NCBI GenBank assembly: GCA_021778375.1
Contig: JAJYCM010000001.1
Location: 1 to 40,585, forward strand
DNA: 40,585 bases
Source: Bacteroidota bacterium
GTDB lineage: Bacteria; Bacteroidota; Ignavibacteria; Ignavibacteriales; Ignavibacteriaceae
Reading direction: 5' to 3'
In this document: piece after piece, positions 22,609-31,066 of the stretch
How the letters are laid out: the number at the start of each line of letters is the position of its first letter
Numbering within the stretch: the stretch's first letter is position 1
Notes under the pieces: model-generated
Databases searched by the model: none
Told to the model about the DNA's origin: nothing
The model's input: only the letters and a program-made list of their open reading frames with translations
Program-made: the position numbers and the translations under genes

Positions 22609-23526
22609 TTATATTTTATAAGAACCTGTTAATTCACTAATTTTTTCTATACTGTAAGAAGTGCAATAATTTTCTAAATCTTTTATAATTTCTTCTGCCA
22701 CATTTGGATTTATAAAATTTGCAGTTCCAATTTGAATTGCAGAAGAACCTGCAATCATAAACTCCACAACGTCTTTCCAATTCATTATTCCTCCAATACC
22801 GATGATCGGAATGTCTACCAACCTTTTTATTTCAAGAACTTTTGCCAAAGCAACCGGTTTAATTGCCGGACCTGAAAGTCCCCCGGTTACGTTATGAAGT
22901 TTAGGCCTCTTTGTAAAGATATTGAATGACGTTCCGACTAGCGTGTTGATAGCTGAGACAGCATCTCCACCTTCCTCTTTTACAACTTTTGCAAACTCGG
23001 AAATGTAAGATACATTAGGCGACAATTTAATTATTACCGGCTTGTTAGTGCATGCTTTAACTTTTTCTGTAATCTTTCCGACCGCGTGAATATCATTGCC
23101 AAACTGAAGTCCACCTTCTTTAACATTGGGGCATGAAACATTTATTTCAAATGCTTTAATAGTATCTTCATATGTTAATATTTTTGTGCACTCGACATAC
23201 TCTTCAATTGAACTTGCGGCAATATTGCAAATTAACGGAACATCATAATTCTTTAAAAAGGGAATTTTTTCTTTCAAAAATACTTCGACTCCAACATTAG
23301 CTAAGCCTATTGCATTTAACATTCCCGCAGGGGTTTCTATAATTCTCTGAGGAGGGTTTCCTTTTCGAGGCTTAAGGCTTAAAGATTTTGTAACTATACC
23401 GCCAATTTTATTTAAATCAATAAACTCCGACATTTCGTTGCCGTAACCTACCGTACCTGATGCCAACAAAACCGGGTTCCTTAATTTTAATGAGCCAATT
23501 GTCACGCTTAAATCAATCTTGCTCAT
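22609..23526 (-). CDS. pyrD: Dihydroorotate dehydrogenase class 1B, catalytic subunit
   Basis: Motifs LASGTVGYG, NVSCPN and GIGGI. It overlaps the upstream pyrK by 4 nt (ATGA). Confidence 0.93.
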   Translation of the reverse strand: MSKIDLSVTIGSLKLRNPVLLASGTVGYGNEMSEFIDLNKIGGIVTKSLSLKPRKGNPPQRIIETPAGMLNAIGLANVGVEVFLKEKIPFLKNYDVPLICNIAASSIEEYVECTKILTYEDTIKAFEINVSCPNVKEGGLQFGNDIHAVGKITEKVKACTNKPVIIKLSPNVSYISEFAKVVKEEGGDAVSAINTLVGTSFNIFTKRPKLHNVTGGLSGPAIKPVALAKVLEIKRLVDIPIIGIGGIMNWKDVVEFMIAGSSAIQIGTANFINPNVAEEIIKDLENYCTSYSIEKISELTGSYKI

Positions 23527-24284
23527 AATACAATATCCCTAACATTAAAAACCGGTCCATCTTTACACACTAAAGAATATTTTTCTTTATTGCTTGTCGA
23601 TTCAACCGGGCAGCCCTGGCATATCCCAAAACCGCAAGCCATTGCACTTTCAATCGAAACTTCACATTCAAAATTATTTTTAATGCTAAATTCCTTAATT
23701 GCCTTCAACATAGCATTTGGACCACAGGAGAATATTTTAATCTTTCCTTTATTTAATATTTCTAAATTTTCATTCAATAAATCTATAACAGTTCCTTTAA
23801 ATCCCAAGGAGCCGTCGTCTGTTGAAATTAAAATATTTTTAAGTCCATAAGTTATTACTTCGTTATTAGTTTTTCCGCCTACAAAGGAAATAATTCTTTT
23901 ATCATTAGGGAGCTTTTTTACAAAATAAGGAAACGGCGCTGCTCCTAATCCTCCGGCAACAATTACCGCGGTTTGATAATCATCATCAAGATTAAAACCA
24001 TGACCAAGCGGACCTAATATATCAATGGTTTCACCTTTTCTTTTTTGAGCAAGAATTTTTGTCCCCTCGCCAAGTACATTAAACATTAAGAAAATAAAAT
24101 CCCCTTCTACGTCGCAAACACTAAAAGGGCGCCTTAACAATGGCGAGTAAGTTTCTGAAACGCGTATATTTAGAAATTGTCCTGGCTTAATTTCTGAAGA
24201 AATTTCCGGAGAATATACCTTTATTACGAGAATATTATTTTCAAGTTCAATAGTTTTTTCAACTAGAGATTTAACAATAAACAA
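23523..24284 (-). CDS. pyrK: Dihydroorotate dehydrogenase electron-transfer subunit
   Basis: FAD/NAD-binding fold (RRPFS, GGLGAAP) and a C-terminal 2Fe-2S cysteine cluster, CGFGICQGC...C. Confidence 0.9.
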   Translation of the reverse strand: MFIVKSLVEKTIELENNILVIKVYSPEISSEIKPGQFLNIRVSETYSPLLRRPFSVCDVEGDFIFLMFNVLGEGTKILAQKRKGETIDILGPLGHGFNLDDDYQTAVIVAGGLGAAPFPYFVKKLPNDKRIISFVGGKTNNEVITYGLKNILISTDDGSLGFKGTVIDLLNENLEILNKGKIKIFSCGPNAMLKAIKEFSIKNNFECEVSIESAMACGFGICQGCPVESTSNKEKYSLVCKDGPVFNVRDIVL

Positions 24285-24328
24285 ATGACTTCCTTTTTAT
24301 TTGAGAATCAATAACATGCTATTTATTT

Positions 24329-25396
24329 TTAAAGATGTTCCGCAATCTTGTTTATCTTGAGATAATCTACGATCTTTTTAACTTCCTGAGATTGATCGCG
24401 GCGGCAAATAAGCAAAGCATCTTTTGTGTTTATCACTATTAAATTCTCGGCGCCAATAACTGCCGTAAATTTATCCGGAGAATAAATATAAGAATCTGCA
24501 GTTGCTTCTGTAAATATATTTCCGATAGTTGCATTACCGTCCTCGTTTTTTTCCGAAAGCTGATAAACTTCTTCCCAGCTTCCGACATCACTCCAGGAAA
24601 ATTCACCTTTTGTCAAATAAACTTTTTTTGATTTCTCCATAATGCCATAATCAATTGAAATACTTCTTAGCATTCCGTAAACATTGGACAGAACGCTTTC
24701 AAACGAAGGAGTGTTTACAAAATCTTTTATTTTATCCAACCCCTCATAAAGGTCAGGCATTAATAATGTTATTTCTTTAAGAATAACATCTGCGCGCCAG
24801 ATAAACATACCGCTGTTCCAGAAAAAATCTCCGCTTTCTAAAAACCGGGCTGCAGTAGCATAATTTGGCTTTTCGGCAAAAGACAAAACCTTAAATATAT
24901 TTTCCGACACATTAGTTTCATCAATCTGGATATAACCGTAACCTGTTTCAGGTCTGGACGGTTTTATTCCAATTGTTACTAACGCTTCTGAATGATATGC
25001 AAAATCAATAGCTGATCTTAATGTTTGATGGAATAATTCCTTTTCTTTAATAATATGATCAGCAGGTAATACAACCATTACACCGTCTTTACATTTTTGT
25101 CCTATAATTATTGAGGCAAGCCCAATACACGCCGCGGTATTTCTTCCGAATGGCTCTTCAATAATATTCTCAACCGGCACTCCGTGAAGTTGTCTTACAA
25201 TTTCCGGTTTTTGAATTTTATTTGTAATAATAAAAATATTCTCTTTCTGTACAATACCATCCAATCTTTCCACGGTACTTTGAATCATGGTATTTTCACC
25301 AAATATCTTTAGAAGCTGCTTAGGGGTTTTTTCCTTGCTTCTTGGCCAGAACCTTGAGCCAACTCCGCCAGCCATTATAACAGCATAAATCTCCAT
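24329..25396 (-). CDS. Mannose-1-phosphate guanylyltransferase, single-domain form without PMI/cupin
   Basis: N-terminal nucleotidyltransferase motif IMAGGVGSRFWPRS, plus GYGYIQ. 355 aa. Confidence 0.87.
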   Translation of the reverse strand: MEIYAVIMAGGVGSRFWPRSKEKTPKQLLKIFGENTMIQSTVERLDGIVQKENIFIITNKIQKPEIVRQLHGVPVENIIEEPFGRNTAACIGLASIIIGQKCKDGVMVVLPADHIIKEKELFHQTLRSAIDFAYHSEALVTIGIKPSRPETGYGYIQIDETNVSENIFKVLSFAEKPNYATAARFLESGDFFWNSGMFIWRADVILKEITLLMPDLYEGLDKIKDFVNTPSFESVLSNVYGMLRSISIDYGIMEKSKKVYLTKGEFSWSDVGSWEEVYQLSEKNEDGNATIGNIFTEATADSYIYSPDKFTAVIGAENLIVINTKDALLICRRDQSQEVKKIVDYLKINKIAEHL

Positions 25397-26295
25397 TAAA
25401 TATTTTCCTTACTGTTTAGAGTTTGAATTTCTTTGCCGAATTCTTCGGCTCGATTTAAATAATTATTAATATCTACTTCCTTACCTCTAACCAGCGCTAC
25501 AATTACAATGAGACAAGCACGAACCGATTCAATTACTTCTTTTCCCGGCATTAACTCTCTTGTTTTAATTAATTGAAGCGCCTTTGAAATTATCCAGTGC
25601 ATATTTGCAATTATGTCAAAACCGATCTTCGCGGATATATCTCCATTTGTTTTCATAACTTTTGCGAAGCTTGAAAGCTCTTCGGAACTTACTTCATTTT
25701 TTGAAAGCTGCTTTAGCATTCCGTCAATCGGTTTAATGGTTTCCAGTATTTCATTTTCATAATTTTGAAAGAACAAATCCTCATCTTCTTTGTCCTCTTC
25801 AAATATTATTTTCTCTTTCAGCTTATTGCTTTCTGATTCTGCAAATAAGCTGCTATCCGGTTTTCTCTTAGAAAGGTCAACGTTAATACCATTTTCATTT
25901 GAAGCAGGGATGGATTGAGGGATTTCGGAGTTAGTGCCTTCAACAGAATTTTCTTTTAACTTTTCTAATGCACTCTTAAAAGTTGCCGGGTTAACCATGT
26001 CAAGCATGTGGCTTAAATCTTTAATTAAGAATTGACTGTGTTCTTTGAATTTATCGGAAAGCTTAAACAAATCAATTTGGTTTTGTGTTAGGTAGGAATA
26101 AATTTCATTAAGCCTAATAGCAAGAGTCGAAAGTTCGGTAATTTTTTTCATACCCTTGATGTCAACTTCAAGGTTCTCAGATTTAACAATTGTTTCACGC
26201 AGTAAAGCTACTACTTCAATTTTTTGTGTACTTAACCTAAGATTATTTGAAGCGGCAGAAATACTCTGGATTATATATTGTTTAATTAATTCCAT
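25396..26295 (-). CDS. Hypothetical protein: two helical domains joined by an acidic linker
   Basis: 299-aa ORF with no recognisable catalytic motif. Its ATG directly follows the alr TAA, and its TAA overlaps the next gene's ATG (TAATG), so it is translationally coupled on both sides. This supports it being a real gene. Confidence 0.55.
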   Translation of the reverse strand: MELIKQYIIQSISAASNNLRLSTQKIEVVALLRETIVKSENLEVDIKGMKKITELSTLAIRLNEIYSYLTQNQIDLFKLSDKFKEHSQFLIKDLSHMLDMVNPATFKSALEKLKENSVEGTNSEIPQSIPASNENGINVDLSKRKPDSSLFAESESNKLKEKIIFEEDKEDEDLFFQNYENEILETIKPIDGMLKQLSKNEVSSEELSSFAKVMKTNGDISAKIGFDIIANMHWIISKALQLIKTRELMPGKEVIESVRACLIVIVALVRGKEVDINNYLNRAEEFGKEIQTLNSKENI

Positions 26296-27417
26296 TTAAT
26301 CTTTATAAATTCTTGGAACCCTCTTGCTAATTCCGCAAATAATTTCATAAGGGATTGTTTTTAATATATCAGCCCAATCCCACGCATCAATTTTAAGTTT
26401 TTTATTCTTCCCTAATAAAATTACCTTATCCTTTGGAAGAATCTTTTCGTTTCCAATGTTAAACATTATCCTATCCATTGTTACAGTTCCCACTTGCTGA
26501 AATAATTTTCCTTTAATAATTGCTTTGGCTGAATTCGTTAAACCGCGAGTAAATCCATCTGCGTAGCCAATCGGAACCGAGACAATTTTTGTTTCTTCAA
26601 AAGCTTTGAACTTTCTTCCATAACTAACAGTTTCGCCTGAAGTAATTTTTTTAACCGCCGTAACGACAGAATATAAAGACATCACAGGTTTAATCTTTAT
26701 TGATTTTGAAGTCTCGGTTGAAGGATAATAACCGTAAAGTAAAATTCCGGGTCTTACCATATCAAAATATGCTTCCGGCATATCCACGATAGCGCCGCTA
26801 TTTGCAGTGTGAGCTAATCCAAAATTTATTTTTTCTTTTTTCAATTCATTCAACAAATCATTAAATCTTTTCAATTGAAGATTTGCAAATGTTTTGTCCC
26901 GTTCATCAGAATTAGCAAAGTGAGTGTAGATTCCATCAATTATAAAATTATTATCACGACTAATTCTTCTGACAAAATCAAAGGCATAATCAGAATCAAT
27001 CCCAAGCCTATTCATGCCGGTATTAATTTTCACATGAACTCTAATCCTTTTACCGCTCGCAAAATTATTTTTTGCTTTTAATAATAATTTTATATGATCA
27101 ACGGAACAAACTGTCGGGATCAAATTATATTTAAATATTAATTCAGCTTGAACCTTATTGAATGGATCAAAAACAAGAATCGGTTGTTTAATATTATGTT
27201 TTCTTAATTCAATAGCTTCTTCCGGAATAGCTACGGCAAAATATTCCGGTTTCTTTACTTTCAAAGAATTTAAGGCATTAGCAATTTCCACGGAACCATG
27301 TCCATATGCATCAGCTTTTACAACCGCCATCACTTTTACATCTTTAATTTTCCGGCGAATGTTCAAATAATTATATTTTAAATTTGAAAGATTTATTACT
27401 GCATAAGTAGGGCGCAT
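26296..27417 (-). CDS. alr: Alanine racemase
   Basis: PLP-lysine motif AVVKADAYGHG. 373 aa with typical two-domain length. Confidence 0.93.
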   Translation of the reverse strand: MRPTYAVINLSNLKYNYLNIRRKIKDVKVMAVVKADAYGHGSVEIANALNSLKVKKPEYFAVAIPEEAIELRKHNIKQPILVFDPFNKVQAELIFKYNLIPTVCSVDHIKLLLKAKNNFASGKRIRVHVKINTGMNRLGIDSDYAFDFVRRISRDNNFIIDGIYTHFANSDERDKTFANLQLKRFNDLLNELKKEKINFGLAHTANSGAIVDMPEAYFDMVRPGILLYGYYPSTETSKSIKIKPVMSLYSVVTAVKKITSGETVSYGRKFKAFEETKIVSVPIGYADGFTRGLTNSAKAIIKGKLFQQVGTVTMDRIMFNIGNEKILPKDKVILLGKNKKLKIDAWDWADILKTIPYEIICGISKRVPRIYKD

Positions 27418-27848
27418 CAGAATTTTATCAAATTGTTAGTAAAAATATAGTTTTAATCAAAGTTATAATCAATCTAAAGAACTTAAACACAAAGTTAAAA
27501 AATATTTTTATGTAATGTTTGATATATCCCCTCTCTATTAAGTACTTTCTATTGAGATGATATCTTTTCTTTTTGTCAGGATAATCTTTTGCAGGATATT
27601 AACCTTTTAGGAAAAACGTTTGGCAGCAAATAACGCAAGTAGTTCTGTCTACCTGATGAAAATAAATTCTGTATCTGATTTGTTCCAATTAACTAAGCTC
27701 AACTTAGCAATACATAACATCAAACAAGCTTTATGGAGTGATTAGTTTATATTTATTAGGCAATAAGATATATAACCTTATTAATTTAGAAAAACTTGAC
27801 ATTTTCCCTAAGTAATTTTATTTTTCGTATAAAAATTATGAGAAATAA

Positions 27849-29213
27849 ATGAAAATCTTTTGGAAGATTGCTTTAGGGATTCTTTTATTAGTTTCGATGG
27901 TCGGTGCTTTCCTTCCGGTTAGCCCTCAAAGTATTACTGGCGGACCGGTAAATTCCGCGGATGTGGCTTGGATGCTTACTGCAACTGCGTTAGTACTTTT
28001 GATGACTCCCGGACTTTCATTTTTTTACGGAGGAATGGTCAGCTCAAAAAATATAATTTCTACTATGCTCCAAAGCTTTGTTGCAATGGGAGTAATTAGC
28101 GTGTTATGGATTGTGGTTGGATTCAGTCTTGCCTTCGGAAATGATATCGGAGGAATTATTGGTAATCCTTTTACATTTTTCATGTTCAGAAACGTTGGAG
28201 TAAATACCGATCCCCAATTAGCTCCAACAATCCCGCTAATGCTGTTTGCATTATTCCAGTTAAAATTTGCGATAATAACCCCGGCTTTAATTACTGGTTC
28301 ATTTGCCGGAAGAATCAAATTTTCATCTTATTTAATTTTCATGATTTTATTCAGCTTATTTATTTACGCTCCGCTTGCACATATGACATGGCATCCGGAT
28401 GGATTTCTCAGAAAGATGGGCGTCCTCGACTTTGCTGGCGGCACCGTAGTGCATATCTCAGCCGGTTTGGCTGCTTTAGCTGGTGCAATCACCTTAGGAA
28501 GAAGAAAATCTCATATTGAAGGAGAAACTCATGAACCGGCAAATATTCCTTACGTTTTATTAGGCACAGGCTTACTTTGGTTCGGTTGGTTTGGATTTAA
28601 TGCGGGTTCAGCGCTGGCAGCTAACGGAATTGCTGTTTTAGCTTTTGCCAATACAAATACTGCTTCTGCGGCTGCTGCTATTGCATGGATTATCCTCGAT
28701 GTAATCAGAGGGAAAAAACCTTCTGCTTTAGGTGCAAGCGTTGGCGCAGTTGTTGGACTGGTAGCGATTACTCCCGCCGCTGGTTATGTTGATGTCGGTG
28801 CAAGTATTTTTATCGGAACTGTTACAAGTATGGTAAGTAACTTTGCAGTTTCATGGAAATCCAAATCAACACTTGATGATACGCTTGACGTTTTTCCTTG
28901 CCATGGAATAGGAGGAATTGTAGGAATGATTTTAACTGCAGTGTTTGCTCAAAAAGTAGGATTAATTTTTGGGCATCCTGATTTGGTATATGTTCAATTA
29001 ATAGGACTATTGATTGTTTCCACTTATACATTCGGCGGTTCATTTTTATTATACAAAATTACAGATATGATTTCACCTCTACGTGTTGATGAAGATCAAG
29101 AGATCATTGGACTTGATATTAGCCAACACGGCGAATCATTTGGTAACGTCTATATTTCAAATGCGGATGCTTTGGAAAAGAAAATTCAGGAAATTCTCGT
29201 AGAGAATAACTAA
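27849..29213 (+). CDS. amt: Ammonium transporter (Amt family)
   Basis: Signal peptide plus 11 TM helices. Signatures DFAGGTVVHISAG and GWFGFNAGS. Confidence 0.95.
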   Translation: MKIFWKIALGILLLVSMVGAFLPVSPQSITGGPVNSADVAWMLTATALVLLMTPGLSFFYGGMVSSKNIISTMLQSFVAMGVISVLWIVVGFSLAFGNDIGGIIGNPFTFFMFRNVGVNTDPQLAPTIPLMLFALFQLKFAIITPALITGSFAGRIKFSSYLIFMILFSLFIYAPLAHMTWHPDGFLRKMGVLDFAGGTVVHISAGLAALAGAITLGRRKSHIEGETHEPANIPYVLLGTGLLWFGWFGFNAGSALAANGIAVLAFANTNTASAAAAIAWIILDVIRGKKPSALGASVGAVVGLVAITPAAGYVDVGASIFIGTVTSMVSNFAVSWKSKSTLDDTLDVFPCHGIGGIVGMILTAVFAQKVGLIFGHPDLVYVQLIGLLIVSTYTFGGSFLLYKITDMISPLRVDEDQEIIGLDISQHGESFGNVYISNADALEKKIQEILVENN

Positions 29214-29290
29214 CTAATTCACCTTACGAAATCTGTAGAATACCGGTCTAAGACCAGACTTGCCTGACGAGTCTGTTGCACAACTTCCAG

Positions 29291-29354
29291 ATGTCATTTC
29301 GAAGGAGTCTTCGACTGAGAAATCCCATTTTAGACAGTTTTGAGACCTCTCTTT
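29291..29354 (+). repeat. Intergenic repeat module A, copy 1
   Basis: ATGTCATTTCGA...GAGAAATCCCATTTTAGACAGTTTTGAGACCTCTCTT. The head and the 37-nt tail recur at 34674-34729. The head recurs as an inverted pair at 31067-31151. Confidence 0.8.
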
Positions 29355-29436
29355 ACGATTGAGACTAAATAGGTGAGTTCTGCAACGCTCTCTAACAGCA
29401 GGCAGGTTGGAAAAATTTAGCTACGGAATAGACTAA

Positions 29437-29492
29437 TTCCTTCCATTCTTCCATTACTCCAGCATTCCAATATTCCACTACCCCCTCCTCTA
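29437..29492 (+). repeat. Octamer tandem repeat (TTCCANNN x5) followed by a C-rich CCCCCTCCTC run
   Basis: YTCCA starts at 29441, 29449, 29457, 29465 and 29473, an exact 8-nt period, with an extra TTCC at 29437. The tract ends in CCCCCTCCTCT. Confidence 0.85.
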
Positions 29493-29563
29493 CAATTATC
29501 ATTTCTATGATTGATTGATACGTTTTATATTTGCACATACTTTTTCAGTTAATAATTCACATT

Positions 29564-29671
29564 ACGCAAAAGGTTATTATTACATATTGAGAAACCTCCG
29601 AGGTTTTCCTAAACCTCGAAGGTTTTGCACTTCACTTCCTTTATATTTGACATTGACTGCGTAAAATGATT
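29564..29671 (+). repeat. Intergenic repeat module B, copy 1 (about 108 nt, contains a twin hairpin)
   Basis: Aligns ungapped with 31180-31287. By hand count, 87 of 108 positions are identical. Confidence 0.85.
29592..29626 (+). terminator. Twin-hairpin candidate terminator downstream of amt
   Basis: AAACCTC-c-GAGGTTTT, then cct, then AAACCT-cga-AGGTTTT. Each stem is followed by a T-run. The stems are short (6-7 bp), so strength is uncertain. Confidence 0.4.
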
Positions 29672-29680
29672 GAATAAAAT
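29653..29680 (+). promoter_or_regulatory. Candidate sigma70-type promoter for the LMW-PTP/FN3K pair
   Basis: TTGACT (29653-29658), a 16-nt spacer, then TAAAAT (29675-29680), 12 nt before the ATG at 29693. This implies a very short leader. Consensus match only. Confidence 0.3.
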
Positions 29681-29692
29681 TATCTCATAAAA

Positions 29693-30175
29693 ATGACTAA
29701 GAAAAAAATATTATTCGTTTGCCTCGGAAACATTTGCCGCTCTCCAGCCGCTGAAGGGATTATGTACGGTTTTATAAAATCAGAAGGACTTGAAAATCAA
29801 ATTGAGGTCGATTCAGCTGGTACTATGGGCTACCACACTGGCGAGAAAGCAGATCCAAGGATGAGAAAACACGCAAGTCAACGTGGATACGATTTAACAA
29901 GCCTTGCTCGCAGGTTTAACCCCGAAAAAGATTTTAGTAATTTCGACTATATAGTTACCATGGACAACCAAAATTATGAAGACGTTATCAGTATGGATAG
30001 AAAATATGAATATTCGTTTAAAGTCTCAAAGATGGCTCAGTTTTGTAAGACCCATAAAGTAAATGAAGTTCCCGACCCATACTATTCCGGCTCGGAAGGC
30101 TTTGAAAATGTTTTGGATATTCTTGAGGACGGCTGCAAAAATCTGCTAACAAAAATAAAAGATGAATTTAAGTGA
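29693..30175 (+). CDS. Low-molecular-weight phosphotyrosine protein phosphatase family
   Basis: P-loop CLGNICRSPAAEG at the N-terminus and a DPYY Asp loop near the C-terminus. 160 aa. Confidence 0.9.
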   Translation: MTKKKILFVCLGNICRSPAAEGIMYGFIKSEGLENQIEVDSAGTMGYHTGEKADPRMRKHASQRGYDLTSLARRFNPEKDFSNFDYIVTMDNQNYEDVISMDRKYEYSFKVSKMAQFCKTHKVNEVPDPYYSGSEGFENVLDILEDGCKNLLTKIKDEFK

Positions 30176-31037
30176 TAAAATAAAAAAACAAGTTGAACTT
30201 GCCTCCGGAGAGTCTATTCTTTCCGCGCATTCCGTCGGGGGAGGATGCATAAGTGAAGCTTTTAAGATTGATACAAAATCCGGCCGAAGTTTATTGCTGA
30301 AAACAAATTCTTCCGTGCCGCCGGATATGTTCATGAAAGAAGCAAACGGATTGACTGAACTGAATAAAGCAAAGGCAATTAGAATACCTGAAGTAATTGC
30401 AGTTGACAGTTCTTTTATTCTAATTGAATTTATTTCTTCTTCCGGAAAATCAAAGCATTTCTTCGAAGATTTCGGCAGAAAATTTGCTTTGCTGCATAGA
30501 TATTCAGATAAAAGCTTCGGTTTCTACGAAGATAATTATATCGGATCAACCCCCCAGATAAATGTTGCAAACGACGAAGATAGAAAGGATTGGATTAAAT
30601 TTTATTTTACTAAAAGGATTCTTTATCAATATATTCTTGCCGAAAAAAACGATTTTGCCACGCCAGAATTGACCTCTGGCATTAGCAAAATTGGGAATAT
30701 AATAGAACAAATTCTTTCAGGAGTTAATGAAAATCCATCCCTGCTGCATGGTGACCTTTGGAGCAGTAATTTTATTGTTGATGAAACAGGTAATGCTTGC
30801 TTAATCGATCCTGCAGTATATTACGGAAATAGAGAAGCAGATCTTGCTATGACAAAATTGTTTGGCGGGTTCGCTCCCGAATTTTACTCTTCATATAACG
30901 AATATTTTCCCTTAGCGGAAGGTTATGAATACAGGGAGAACATCTATAAGCTTTATCACGTTATGAATCATTTGAATCTCTTCGGAATGGCTTACTACCC
31001 TCAGACATTATCTTTAATAAAATATTATTTGAGATAG
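30162..31037 (+). CDS. Fructosamine/ketosamine-3-kinase family protein
   Basis: APH-like kinase motifs LLHGDLWSSN and IDPAVYYGNREADLAM. 291 aa. It overlaps the upstream LMW-PTP gene by 14 nt. Confidence 0.88.
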   Translation: MNLSDKIKKQVELASGESILSAHSVGGGCISEAFKIDTKSGRSLLLKTNSSVPPDMFMKEANGLTELNKAKAIRIPEVIAVDSSFILIEFISSSGKSKHFFEDFGRKFALLHRYSDKSFGFYEDNYIGSTPQINVANDEDRKDWIKFYFTKRILYQYILAEKNDFATPELTSGISKIGNIIEQILSGVNENPSLLHGDLWSSNFIVDETGNACLIDPAVYYGNREADLAMTKLFGGFAPEFYSSYNEYFPLAEGYEYRENIYKLYHVMNHLNLFGMAYYPQTLSLIKYYLR

Positions 31038-31066
31038 TAACTTATTTTGCGAGATGGGGCTATTTG

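Noticed and set aside
27621-27637. Sigma-54-like element TGGCAGCAAATAACGCA upstream of amt, which would fit NtrC-type nitrogen control.
   Set aside because: There are 11 nt between the GG and GC doublets, against the strict 10 nt of the TGGCAC-N5-TTGC consensus. The -12 region reads AACGC rather than TTGC.
29291-29362. A 23-codon ORF (MSFRRSLRLRNPILDSFETSLYD) starting at the head of repeat A.
   Set aside because: The homologous copy at 34674 hits a stop after 11 codons and diverges in frame. There is no RBS. Conservation is at nucleotide level only.
29437-29492. CRISPR array as an explanation for the periodic repeats here and at 36435-36477.
   Set aside because: The repeat units are 7-8 nt with no spacers, the tracts are under 60 nt in total, and no cas genes are present.
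29214-29692. A possible decayed glnK/PII pseudogene, tRNA, tmRNA, RNase P RNA, SRP RNA or glutamine riboswitch in the long spacer after amt.
   Set aside because: Reading the three forward frames gave nothing PII-like. I saw no GGTTCGAATCC-type T-arm, no GAGGAAAGTCC RNase P core, no SRP GGAA tetraloop region and no glnA-motif core. This is an eye check only, so an Rfam scan would be decisive.
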